Source: Octopus sinensis (Eukaryota). Taken from it: a stretch of DNA of 64,000 bases. The notes under the pieces were generated by a model. It was given only the letters and a program-made list of their open reading frames with translations. It ran no database searches and was not told the DNA's origin. The stretch spans positions 33,976,001-34,040,000 of the forward strand of contig NC_043013.1 in NCBI RefSeq assembly GCF_006345805.1, written 5' to 3'. The translations under genes and the position numbers were made by a program. This document shows positions 37,321 to 50,657 of this stretch, piece by piece; the stretch's first letter is position 1, and the number at the start of each line of letters is the position of its first letter.

Positions 37321-37554
37321 AATAATAAAAATGAAAATTCAATGGAAATCATATATATATATATATTATCTACATATATACATATATGTGTGTGTGTGTT
37401 AAATAAAGCTCAGACAAGACCCGCATTAGACTCCTCACTCTTATCATTATGAAACCGGGAGTCTAACTACAGTCCTCCCAGAGCACTTACATAGTCTTAC
37501 CTGCCATCTTGGGTCATCTGGATACCAATACCTCTTATATATATATATATATAC

Positions 37555-37608
<54 letters not shown>

Positions 37609-37610
37609 TA

Positions 37611-38060
37611 ACTTAGCTAACTTAGATATGTTTTGACCAACGATTGACCCAGGCCATGTCTAATTTAACAGCACCACCTGATAGGATTTGTTAAATCCTT
37701 TTTAAGTCAAGTTTTGTGTATCATGGTCCATTCAAGTCACGAGTTCTTGTTGAATGAGCTGTATCCAGGTATAGGTGGCTTCTCTGGTATCCCTTGAAGA
37801 AATTTGTCCAGTTTCTGTTTAAAGATAATGGGATCCTTTTCCTCTTTGATCTGTTTTAGAATAATCTTAAATAGGGCAGGGCCTGTTGAGGAAAAGAAAT
37901 TGTGTTGTAGTGTATTTATGTATTGTGATCCTGAATTGGGCAGAGGATGTATGGCCCATGGTCCTGGCCTTGGATGAATTCTGAAACTAATGTTGAGGTC
38001 GTTTGGGCAATGCTGGTGATATGCTCTCCACATCGTGCACATTATGTATTGCTCATGGAA
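37611..38060 (-). mobile_element. CR1-group LINE 3' end (second family)
   Basis: NDLNISFRIHPRPGP..NTLQHNFFSSTGPALF..IKEEKDPIIFKQKLDKFLQGIPEKPPIPGY..NS, similar to CR1/Zenon-like C-termini. The same family occurs at 60225-60612 and 39506-39574. Confidence 0.7.
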
Positions 38061-38186
38061 ACACTGCAGAGAATAGAATTTCAATGCTTTAAGGTGGTCT
38101 CAATAATTGAGATCAGTCATGACATTAATTCTTTTATATTCATAGATATATATGTATATACATATATATGTATATACATATATATG

Positions 38187-38282
<96 letters not shown>

Positions 38283-38340
38283 GTTTAGCGTCCGTTTTCC
38301 ATGCTAGCATTTTTCCATATATATATATATATATATATAG

Positions 38341-38641
38341 CAGACCGGGTCTAAAAATATTGGTTGCCAGGAAGCTAAGGGGACCCACCTGCAACTACAA
38401 GGGGTCCACTCACATCTATAATGTTATGATTTAATTTTTTTCTGTTAAAAGTATTCTTTTCAACTGTCTACAAATACAGCCAGGCTGAAATAATGGATTC
38501 TTCCAGGAGTGAATAAAAGATTTGCAAACTTGAGGGGATGGGCTCCTTAGATACTAACGTGGGTCCCCTTATATGGATTCTAATGGCACAGGGGCCCACT
38601 TGCCATCGAGCAAGCTGACAACCTAGCCAGCCTGCCACTGC
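38341..38641. mobile_element. Possible GGGCCC/GGGACCC-rich MITE
   Basis: Several GGG(A/G)CCC-type motifs in a 300-bp island between TA runs, with CAG...CTG termini. Terminal inverted repeats are weak. Confidence 0.3.
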
Positions 38642-38665
38642 TATATATATATGTGTGTGTGTGTG

Positions 38666-38710
<45 letters not shown>

Positions 38711-38934
38711 TGTTTGTAAAATACTGAATATATAGAGTATTATTATTGTATTATTATATTAATGTGCATTATCATCCTTACCATTATCATGTTTATCATT
38801 TCTAATACTATTTTACTATTTTCGTTTTAATCTGCAATATTTTCACTATCAGTATAATTATTACTACTATCTGTTTTTTACTGACACTTATTTCATTATA
38901 TTACAAATTTGATCCAGTATGATAAAATAACATT

Positions 38935-39145
38935 AAATAAAATAACATTAAATATAATAAAATTCGCCATGATAGATCACTAGCCACTAAACGTTCTTTA
39001 TTTTCTCTTTTTGTTCCTTTCTGTGGAAGAGCGTAGGCTCAAAACATTAAAGACTTTTTCACTTCCTGAGCGTTACACTAATACATCTGTTTGTTGTCTA
39101 CACCACCTGTCTTCATCTTTTGTTTTTTTTTTGTGAATTCTCCCC
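38935..39145 (+). mobile_element. Short non-autonomous element carrying a degenerate HHR-like motif, flanked by 16-bp direct repeats
   Basis: ATGATAAAATAACATT at 38919-38934 and 39146-39161. The interior is homologous to the reverse complement of 31806-31965. Confidence 0.6.
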
Positions 39146-39461
39146 ATGATAAAATAACATTTACCCTAACTGTTACCCTAATTTTTAATAACTGATGCCC
39201 TAATTTTTTCCATGTCTTCCTGGAGATACTTTGGCACAGATATATTCGATTCTCACTATAGAGTCAGTCACATACACAACTGAAACTATTAACTATTTTG
39301 CTCTGTCTTCAAGGCAGTGTATTTACTTCTCAAGTATACCATTCCTTATCTTTTAATTTACTATAACTCTTTTCTCAACATTAGCAGCATATACACACAT
39401 ACACACAACCACACACATACACAAATACATAGACACACACACACACACACACATATAATAT

Positions 39462-39497
<36 letters not shown>

Positions 39498-39505
39498 CAT
39501 ACATG

Positions 39506-40300
39506 TTGTGTTGCAGTGTATTTATGTGTTGTGGTCCTGAATTGGGCAGGGGATGTATGGCCCACAATCCTGGCGCCCTACCAACATCTATCACTCCATC
39601 CCCTACTCCCAATTCCTCTGACCGCACAGGCTCTGCAGTGACAACCATGACTTTGTGACTCAGTCTCAACTCATGGCTTGCCACTTCATCCTTCGTAGAC
39701 ATCCCCTCACCACTATCCACACAGCCCTTGCCAGAGCACGTTCCTTGGACTGTGTCTCTGCTCTCTCTCCCTGCACCCGCCCTGCCGTTACCCGTCTCCC
39801 ATTTCCCCTCACCTACCACCCCTCCACCCTGCCTATTCACTGCACCATTCTCCTAGCCTTTCGGCGACTCCAGTTTGACCCCTTCACCTTGCATATCTTC
39901 TCCAACATATCCCTTCCTTCAAATAAGCCCACAACCTGCATAACCTCCTGGTCCACAGTTTCTTCCCTTACCCCATCTCCCAGCCTGGCTTGTTCCCCTG
40001 CTCTCGCCCATGCTGCCACACTTGACTTTACCTCTCTAACACCACCATCTTCACAGGCATCCATCATCGTCTATATCATATCACCGACTCTTTTACCTGC
40101 ACTTCTAGCAATGTCATTTACTGCATCTCCTGCTCTTTCTACCCTTCTCTCTACATCAGGGAAATGGGACACTGCTTGGCTGACCAGTTCACAGTACCCC
40201 TGAGACATCAGACTTGACAATGACACCTTGGTCTCATGCCATTTCCGCTCTACAAGTCATTGACTACAACACCTGTCTGTGTTCAGATTGTCTTTTCACA
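39506..40300 (-). mobile_element. LINE ORF2 fragment (pre-RT region) fused to a short CR1-group 3' piece
   Basis: GC-rich coding-like stretch ending DEVASHEL..IDVGRAPG (like the KAPG.DG motif at the RT start), then running into WAIHPLPNSG..NTLQHN homologous to 37900-37968. Confidence 0.5.
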
Positions 40301-40954
40301 GATTGTCTTTTCACTGTGAACAGGATTTAATCTTCTTTCTTTGCTCCTTTGCACCACATGGACTCTACACCACTCCTCTCTTCATCTGCCTTCACTCCTC
40401 TCCTCTTTTCCTCTGATACCTACTTCCTCTCTTCACCCCTACCCACCTGTCCTCTCCTCTCCCTCTTTCATCTGACACCTACTTCTCTTCACTCCTACTC
40501 ACATGCTTTTTTCATTGATACCCCACTCCACCCACACCCACGTCCCACTCAACACCCACATCCCAACCCACCACGCCTCAAAGCACCCCACACCCCCACA
40601 TCACACCACCTCACCACCACACCACCACACCACATCACAGCACCCCACACCACTCCACACACATTAGCACTGACCACTTCCCAGCATGCATACCACACAC
40701 CATCATCCGTGCACCCACATATTACAGATGCATACATTTATTCATGCACACATACACACACGTCAAAGTCACTGGCCCCTATCCACACACCCACAATTAC
40801 ACATTCTCATGTACACACGCACTAACACCTTCATTTTGGGATCACCAATACTTTATTATCTCCCCTTCTTTCAGCCTTTTCTGTCAAACCTTTTCTTTCC
40901 AATCAGTCCCCATGCTTGACCACTATATAAGTGAAGGTGACACAATTAAATAAA

Positions 40955-41285
40955 GGTGCATGGTTCAGTGGTTAGAGCATAGGGATCACAATCATGAGGT
41001 AGTGAGCTTGATTCCTGAACCGAGCTGTATTGTGTTCTTGAGCAAGACACTTTATTTCATGTTGCTCCAGTTCACTCATCTGTAGAAATGAGTTGCAACA
41101 TCACTGGTGCCAAACTGTATTGGCCCTTGCCTTTTCCTTGGATAACATTGCTGAAGTGGAAAGGAGAGGCTGGTGCCTTGGCGGGTAACTTTCTAGGTGC
41201 AATCTCATCATCATTCATGGAGAGAGAAGGCTAGTGTCCTGGAGGGTAACTTTCTAGGTGCAATCCCATGGTCATTTATGACCAT
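40955..41285 (+). mobile_element. SINE family C with internally duplicated 3' block
   Basis: tRNA-like head and TGTTCTTGAGCAAGACACTT. The block GGGTAACTTTCTAGGTGCAATC occurs twice. Confidence 0.7.
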
Positions 41286-41344
41286 GTGCCCTATCAGTAT
41301 TTGCAAAGGGAAGTCATCCTTACCATCTTCAACCTTACGGGATA

Positions 41345-41389
41345 CACATGGACCAAGGTTTCTGAATTTGACCCAATCATCAGCATGTG
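41345..41389 (-). ncRNA. Candidate type I hammerhead ribozyme with canonical core
   Basis: CACAUG-CUGAUGA-U-UGGGU-CAA-AUUCA-GAA-ACCUUGGU-C-CAUGUG. It has a 6-bp stem I, a canonical CUGAUGA/GAAA core and a GUC site. Confidence 0.75.
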
Positions 41390-41736
41390 ACAATCACCGG
41401 TTGTAAAGATAGCAAATGCAAAAATGTTTTCTCTTCCTAAGAACTTCTGTTGAGGTAGTCTCTTTAAAAAGGTAATCCTGATGATAAGGAGAGTGTTGTT
41501 GTGATGATGATGTGGTTGATGATGATGATAGTAATAGTGAAGATGTTGATCGGGACTATGATTAAGACGATGAAGACAATGATGGCAATAACGATGCTGA
41601 TTAGGATGATAATACTGATGTTGATGATGACGAAGACGACAAAGTCGGTGATGCGATTGTAATGATGACGATGAGGAGGAACACAATGATGATAAAGATG
41701 ATGTTGATGGGGACAATGATGACAATGATGATGGTC

Positions 41737-42284
41737 TTGGTGGTGGTGGTGGTGGTGGTGGTGGTGACGATGATGATGATGCTGAAGCTGATTGTGATGG
41801 ATATGATGACACGGAGAAGAGAACAATGACGATGATGATGATGTTGATGATGATGACGATGATGACGATGATCTTGGTGTTGGTGGTAGTGGTGATGATG
41901 ATGATTATGATGATGACAATGATTGTCTTGGGAGTGGTGGTAGTGGTGAAGATTATGATGATGATGATGATGATGACATTGATGATGATGACAACAACTG
42001 ACGACCCAGTTGCTGACAATTTGACGATGCTTGTACTGATCATAGTTGAGGGGGATCATAACAGTAATGATATGGGTTTCGACAATGGAAATGACAGTGG
42101 TGGTTATCACAATGTTGCTGAAAAATAATGATGATGCTGATGGTGGTGGTGATGGTAGCACTGTTGATTCTAGTAATGGTGGTGGGAGGCAATGGCGGGG
42201 GTGTGTGGTTGGGGTGATAGTGATAGTGAAAATACAAATATGATGATCGCACTGATGGTAGTCATAAAAGTAGTTGAGGTGAGA

Positions 42285-42326
<42 letters not shown>

Positions 42327-42737
42327 AATAATAATAGTAGTAGCAATAGTAGCGACGACAGTAATATGGTAATATGGTAGTTGTGTTGTTGTTGTTGCTG
42401 TTGTTGTTAGTGGTGGTGGTGATGCTGGAAGCGGGTTGGTGCTAGTGTTATTTGAAGCAGTGAAGGCGAGAATATAGTATTAGCTGTGCTGGTTCTGTTG
42501 ATTGTGTTGTGGTTGTTGTTGTTGTTGGTGGTGGTGGTGGTGGTGGTGGTGGTGACGATGATGATGATGCTGAAGCTGATTGTGATGGATATGATGACAC
42601 GGAGGAAGAGAACAATGACGATGATGATGATGTTGATGATGATGATGACGATGATGACGATGATCTTGGTGTTGGTGGTAGTGGTGATGATGATGATATG
42701 ATGATGACAATGATTGTCTTGGGAGTGGTGGTAGTGG

Positions 42738-42769
<32 letters not shown>

Positions 42770-43074
42770 GATGATGATGATGACAACAACTGACGACCCA
42801 GTTGCTGACATTTGACGATGTTGTACTGATCATAGTTGAGGGGGATCATAACAGTAATGATATGGGTTTCGACAATGGAAATGACAGTGGTGGTTATCAC
42901 AATGTTGCTGAAAAATAATGATGATGCTGATGGTGGTGGTGATGGTAGCACTGTTGATTCTAGTAATGGTGGTGGGAGGCAATGGCGGGGGTGTGTGGTT
43001 GGGGTGATAGTGATAGTGAAAATACAAATATGATGATCGCACTGATGGTAGTCATAAAAGTAGTTGAGGTGAGA

Positions 43075-43116
<42 letters not shown>

Positions 43117-43303
43117 AATAATAATAGTAGTAGCAATAGTAGCGACGACAGTAATAATGGTAATATGGTAGTTGTGTTGTTGTTGTTGCTGTTGTTGTTA
43201 GTGGTGGTGGTGATGCTGGAAGCGGGTTGGTGCTAGTGCTATTTGAAGCAGTGAAGGCGAGAATATAGTATTAGCTGTGCTGGTTCTGTTGATTGTGTTG
43301 TGG

Positions 43304-43335
<32 letters not shown>

Positions 43336-43863
43336 GGTGGTGACGATGATGATGATGCTGAAGCTGATTGTGATGGATATGATGACACGGAGGAAGAGAA
43401 CAATGACGATGATGATGATGTTGATGATGATGATGACGATGATGACGATGATCTTGGTGTTGGTGGTAGTGGTGATGATGATGATTATGATGATGACAAT
43501 GATTGTCTTGGGAGTGGTGGTAGTGGTGAAGATTATGATGATGATGATGATGATGACATTGATGATGATGACAACAACTGACGACCCAGTTGCTGACAAT
43601 TTGACGATGCTTGTACTGATCATAGTTGAGGGGGATCATAACAGTAATGATATGGGTTTCGACAATGGAAATGACAGTGGTGGTTATCACAATGTTGCTG
43701 AAAAATAATGATGATGCTGATGGTGTGGTGATGGTAGCACTGTTGATTCTAGTAATGGTGGTGGGAGGCAATGGCGGGGGTGTGTGGTTGGGGTGATAGT
43801 GATAGTGAAAATACAAATATGATGATCGCACTGATGGTAGTCATAAAAGTAGTTGAGGTGAGA

Positions 43864-43905
<42 letters not shown>

Positions 43906-44091
43906 ATAATAATAGTAGTAGCAATAGTAGCGACGACAGTAATAATGGTAATATGGTAGTTGTGTTGTTGTTGTTGCTGTTGTTGTTAGTGGTGGTGGTG
44001 ATGCTGGAAGCGGGTTGGTGCTAGTGTTATTTGAAGCAGTGAAGGCGAGAATATAGTATTAGCTGTGCTGGTTCTGTTGATTGTGTTGTGG

Positions 44092-44123
<32 letters not shown>

Positions 44124-44125
44124 GG
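41737..44125 (+). repeat. Three tandem copies of a 788-bp GAT/GGT-rich unit
   Basis: The anchor GACGATGATGATGATGCTGAAGCTG is at 41766, 42554 and 43342. Confidence 0.95.
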
Positions 44126-44960
44126 TTGTGGTAGGAATGGCTACGAATGATGATAATAATGTAGATGATGAATGAACGTGTCGGTGGGGGTGTTGATGAC
44201 AATGAGAATAAAACAGAAATAGCAAGATACTGCTATGAATGCAAATATTGAATAAAACAAAAATAATAAATACATACATACATACATGCATATATATATA
44301 TATATATATAACAACAAAAAGTAAAAAATAAGCTAGCCAGCAAATAAACAAAATATATTTCCAAATTCATCATTATCAGTGAGATTCCATATTTACCATT
44401 TCTCATATATATTTGGTTAGGCATTAATTTACTTTTATTTTGAAGATTTTGAATTAATTCTGTACTCCAGAACTTAATGTCACAGAGGTATAAAACAGCA
44501 ACAACAACAACAAAAACCGCCATAACAACAATAGCGATAACAACAATATCAGCAATGAACAACAAGAGGTGGGTGTTACAAAGAAGAAAAAAATGAATTT
44601 GGTACTGGCAGAGTGGAAGTGAAATAGAGGAAGAGATTTTTTTTTATTTTGTGTATAGAAAAAAGTTTTCTTTAATTCATTACATTATATTTACACACAC
44701 ACACACACACACACACAGATACATACACACATGTAGGCTCATGCATGCACGCCTAGCCACACATTTTCAGAGCACATATTATATATAAACATACATATGC
44801 ATAATGCATATGATATAAAATAAATATATTATATGTAAATATATAGCTGACGAATTTATACATATACATACATCATACACACACATAGACACACAGATGC
44901 ACACACATATATACACACAAATACACATGTAGAGTTATACATGTATGTGTATTTACATAA

Positions 44961-45033
<73 letters not shown>

Positions 45034-45370
45034 TATATATATATATAATTTTCTTGCAAATCATGCCATTCTTGTAGAAACAATTGATAGATGTCAGTGA
45101 TACCCTGATTAATATTCTATGGAGTTTAGTAGAGTTTCTAAGTATTTTTTTTTTATCTGTATTGCCCAGATAGAAATAAAAATTATAAGAGAACCGTAAA
45201 GAAAAAAGAAGCACAATTATATAAAAGTAAAATAAGCAAAGAAATGTAGAGCATAGGAAAAATATTATTGACAATTTTGGAAAAATAAAAATGGTAATTG
45301 CAGGAAGCTCAGATCTCTATATATAAAATGGTATTGATATGTTGGTGAATACTTATACAGATATATATAT

Positions 45371-45443
<73 letters not shown>

Positions 45444-46375
45444 ATATATGTACATATATATATACATATATATGTATGTATGTATGTATGTATATATGTA
45501 TGTATATATGCATCTATGTGTATATGGATGGATGGATGAATGTGTGTAAAGATGTATGTATGTATGTATGTAAATAAGAAAGACGGCTACATTAGGAAAT
45601 GTGTGAAAGTATGCAGTTATGTGAATATAAATACACAGGCATGCAAACAGATACACAGTAATTCTCTCCCCACCCATATGCACAAATTCGAACATATATA
45701 CATATATATATATATATAATATATATATATACACTCATTTCTTTTAGTGAATTTATATCACTGTTGTGTTTATTTTGATAGATGCATCACTGAAATATAC
45801 ATAAACACACGTATGCATACACATATACATACACACACACACTAATATATGTATACACAAACACACACACACATATATATATACACGCACATATATAATT
45901 ACACATATATGCATATATACATATGTATGTGTATGCATATTCATACATTCGCATATATAAATAAATATATGTATATATGTGTATAGGCATTAGTGTGTGT
46001 GTGCGCGCGCGTGTGTGTGTGTGTGTGTTTGTGTGTGTGCGTGTGCGTGTGTGTGTGTGTGTGTTGCTCTGTACAGATTTATACATAGCTTCTCCGAACT
46101 CATTGAGAAATACATATATACCGATATAGTAGATGTACATGAAAAGACAAGAATATCTATGTGTCTTCATACACAGCTCTAAATTATACAAAAACACATA
46201 AACCACACATAAACTAACACACATACACACACACACTTCATATGTCTTCGTCTGCATATTATTTGACCATTTCATAATTTTTTCCTCCTCTAAGTAACAA
46301 CCAATTTTAGAATTATGAAGACGTATATTATAGAAGACACATATATATATATATATATAATATATATATATATAT

Positions 46376-46453
<78 letters not shown>

Positions 46454-46503
46454 CTATATATATATGTGTGTATGTGTATGTGTCCATATATATAGTCTGT
46501 GTT

Positions 46504-46541
<38 letters not shown>

Positions 46542-47429
46542 TACATATGTACATATATATATGTATATATATACATATGTATACATGGTTACATGTGTAT
46601 ATGGAAGTATGTGTGTATATTGTTTTCGCTTACATCTATGTCTGTCTCTCATAAATATAAGTGTATGAATACACATCAAGGGACACACACACATATATGT
46701 ATATATATATAATATAAGGATATGTACACATAAATGACAAGCACACACACATGCACGAATGCACACACACACACACACATGCACGAATGCACACACACAC
46801 ACACATGTACATATGTATATACATATATACAGAAACATACAATCACACCTATACACCCATACACACACACGCAAAGGGTGTGTTGGACAGAGAATAAATA
46901 TTACCTACAATACTAAAAGCAAATTATGCCAGAACAGAAACCATTATTTTCAACAAATTAGCAAATACAATATGAATGCATATGTTATGAAAAAGTAACA
47001 GATATGCACTTATAGACACTAACTGTTAGACACAATCATTACATATGTATTTGTTGAGACACATAAATATTACTTTATAGTACAGTATACATGCTAAAAC
47101 TTACACAGGTGCACAATATATAATGCAGTTCCTGGCATATTTTTCTCTTTGTTTTGTAGCACATATATGTTTGTATGTGCATATATGCATGCATATATGT
47201 GTAACGTGTATGTTTGTATGTGCATATATGCATGCATATATGTCTAACACGTATATGTTTGTATGTGCATATATGTGTAACTCAGGTATGTTTGTATGTG
47301 CATATATGTGTAAATTTTGCATGTTTGTATGTGCATGCATGTATGCATGCATATATGTATAACACGTGTATGTTTGTATGTGCATATATGCATGCATATA
47401 TGTGTAACTCGTGTACGTTTGTATGTGCA

Positions 47430-48260
47430 AATATGTGTGCTATTGTCATCATTTTAGGTTTGTTTTCTCTTGTTCGTATGAGCTGGACAATTTCTCCAGT
47501 CTTGTGTCATGTCACAAATTGTGATCTTTTATCGGTTTCTTTGTGAGATCCAGTCTCTTGGGATCAGCTTTTACCACATCTTCTTATTTCTTTGTTATCC
47601 TTTCTTTTCCACGGCTTCCTTCCACCTGGATCACTTGCTACTTTTCTCCCCATTTCTCATCTCCCATACACAGCACATATCTGCACCAAAGAAGCTCCAT
47701 CTCTTATACACTACATCTAATTCTTTGTATACCCAGTCTGTTTACAATGTCATTTCTGCTCCATTGTTCACAAACACTAACATTTGACATTTTTTTTGTA
47801 ATGCATGTTTACCTCATTTCTTCCCAGATTTAGCTCATTTGCAACTCTCAACATCCATGTCTTTCTATCATGCAGTAATACACTTGCATCATACCATTTG
47901 TCCATCACCCAGAGAGAAGAACCTTTTATTTGCCAGAAGGGGTAACAACTTTCTGAAATTTTTCTGCTCTTCCTCTGTCAGATTTGCTTTCAGAGCACCT
48001 AACTCTATTGTCAATTATATCACCAATATAATAAAAGCTACCATTTCTAGAAAATCTTCTGGGCATTTGAAGGTGTCTATTCCACATTAGATCTTACTGA
48101 TAAACTGCTTCTGTGTGTCTCCCACATACTATGCTCACCTTCTTCATTACACCTATTGTGCTTCCTACATTTGGATAAACTATATAGATTTTCTACCGAC
48201 ATCTTTTCTACTTATTGAGTAAAGCCATTTCTCTGATGGCAACAGGATCCATTTTCTCAA
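47430..48260 (-). mobile_element. RTE-clade LINE 3' fragment, frameshifted
   Basis: Remnants FYYIGDII, GCSES, NFRKLLP and KGSSLWV..YDASV match the RTE C-terminal FCYLGD..GC.ES..KFRELLP..KG.SL..YDACV motifs. It ends in a GAT-type tail. Confidence 0.7.
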
Positions 48261-49167
48261 CTTATTTAAAGTCAAATCTTTGTTAAGTTTACATTTGTGT
48301 TCTCTCAATCCTAGATTTTACTTATATGCTGTGGAATTTTGTCACCATATTTTCAACAGTTGCAGCTTAGAAAATTAACCATCAGTGAATGAAGGTTTAT
48401 GATTAACCAGTCTTAAACTTCCCTGTTATCAACTGAACAACTGAAACAAATGGGGGTCAGAGAATTGAGCTGTGATGGCTAGCAACAGGCACATGAAATT
48501 TCATGATTAACTCATGGCTAACTTTCACCTAACATCACTTTCACTATTATAAGCCATTTGTTTAACTTTAATCTTCTTACTGACCTTGCCACTCATACCA
48601 TGTTACATAATAGAGGACTAATGACCTTCTCTGGATCATTGAATGCTGGATATACTAGCTTACTTCTAAACATTTTTTTCAGTAGTTGTTTCACTAGGAA
48701 GAGAAATTTGTTGGTATCTTGTCCTGTCCTTGGATAACCCATTCAATAACTTCCCTGATATTAACATTTAATTTTCCATATTTGTGTGGGTCAGATGAGA
48801 CTCTGAATAAAAATTTTCTGATTCTGGATGCCCTTTCTGATAATAATCTGCTTCCAAGTCAAGTGCAGTTATCATTTCCCCCCAGTTTATCAAATAACAA
48901 ATGGCATAGACATGTTTTTGCAGTGGACTGCAAACAGATAATGCTGTTTGCATGAATTGTGATATTTTGTTTAGAAACAGCACAAACACATCAAGTCAAG
49001 GAGAAAACAAAGTTCCGATAAAAGAATATTGGTCAACCATGACTATTGTAGAGGACATCAGGTAACAGCATTCACAGTGTGATTGAAACTACGGATCATG
49101 TGGTTCTGAAGTAAAATGCCTGCACCTATTGATACGCCCACTACATATACACATGTACGTATATACC

Positions 49168-49440
49168 ATCATCATCATCATTTAATGTCTGTGTTCTATG
49201 CTATGCTGGCATGGGTTGGACGGCTTGAGAGGAACTGGCAAGGCCCAGGGCCTCATCAGGTTCCATAGTAGTCTGTTTTGGCTTGCTTTCCGCAGTTGGA
49301 TTTCCTTCCTCATCTCAACCACTTTACAGAGTGTACTGGGTGCTTTTTACATGGCACTATCTGCAGTGCTTTCTAAGTGGTGCCATCACCATTGCTTTTT
49401 ATGTGGCACCAGCACCAACACCAATGCTTTTTACATGGAA
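49168..49440 (-). mobile_element. SINE family D, diverged
   Basis: (CAT)n tail, ATGCTGGCATGGGTTGGACGG and TTTTTACATGGCAC subrepeats. Confidence 0.7.
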
Positions 49441-49658
49441 CCTTGGTTTTAGGATATCCATTTTGTTGTGGTGGGTATTCCTATCTTGAGTGCAGCACTG
49501 CACCTCATATTTCAGTTCGCCGTCTTCTTCATAATTCTCAGCATTTTGAAATCATTGTATCAATGTATGGAGCAGAACATTGGGCATTGTTATATACAGC
49601 TGGTAACAATGTTTCTTCGTTTTCTTATAACTCTCATATGATGACACACCACTGGCTA

Positions 49659-49972
49659 GGTGGGCAGTCCAGTATTATCCGTTTCTTTATTGCCCTCAAG
49701 GGGCTAAACATAGAGGGGACGAAAAAGGACAGACAAATGGATTAAGTCGATTACATCGACCCCAGTGCGTAACTGGTACTTAATTTATCGACCCCGAAAC
49801 GATGAAAGGCAAAGTAGACCTCCTTTCATCCTTTCGGGGTCGATAAATTAAGTACCAGTTATGCACTGGAGTCGATATAATCGACTTAATCCATTTGTCT
49901 GTCCTTGTTTGTCCCCTCTATGTTTAGCCCCTTGTGGGCAATAAAGAAACAGATAATACTGGACTGCCCACC
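49659..49972. repeat. 314-bp fold-back made of two inverted SINE B2 3' halves plus flank
   Basis: Arms pair from GGTGGGCAGTCCAGTATTATC (49659) to GATAATACTGGACTGCCCACC (49972), with a 12-nt loop at 49810-49821. Confidence 0.9.
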
Positions 49973-50555
49973 AGGCAGTCCAGTATTATCCTTGACCAAG
50001 AAGTCTGTCCATTGCAAGTTTACACATTCTCAGTTGAGTGGACAAGCACAATGTGAAGTGAAGTGCTTTGGTCAAGAACGCAATGCAATAATGGTTCAAG
50101 AAGCCATACTAACTTGGCCTTATACCTACACACACACACACACACAGCGATACACATGCACACACACAAATATATACACACACACACACTCAAACACACA
50201 CAAACACACATGTAAATGTATACACACACACATATATATATACATACATTAATATGTATATACAAATATACATAAATACATGCATATGAATATATGTATA
50301 CACAAATACATATATATACATAATAGAAATATTAAAATTACTAAGTCTCTATATACTTATATGTGTATATATATATATACATACACATAAATGCATATAT
50401 ACATACAAATGCATATATATATATATATATATATATATTTGTATCTATAAGTAAACATGTGCCTATATAGCCTATTTAAATTTTAAAAAGTAACATATAT
50501 ATCTCGCTCTCTTTCTCATCCTTTATATCTATCTGTCTGTTTGTCTGCCAGTCTG

Positions 50556-50657
<102 letters not shown>

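Noticed and set aside
48700-49010. DDE-transposase-like words (SDET, TDNA)
   Set aside because: Single short words in different frames, consistent with chance.
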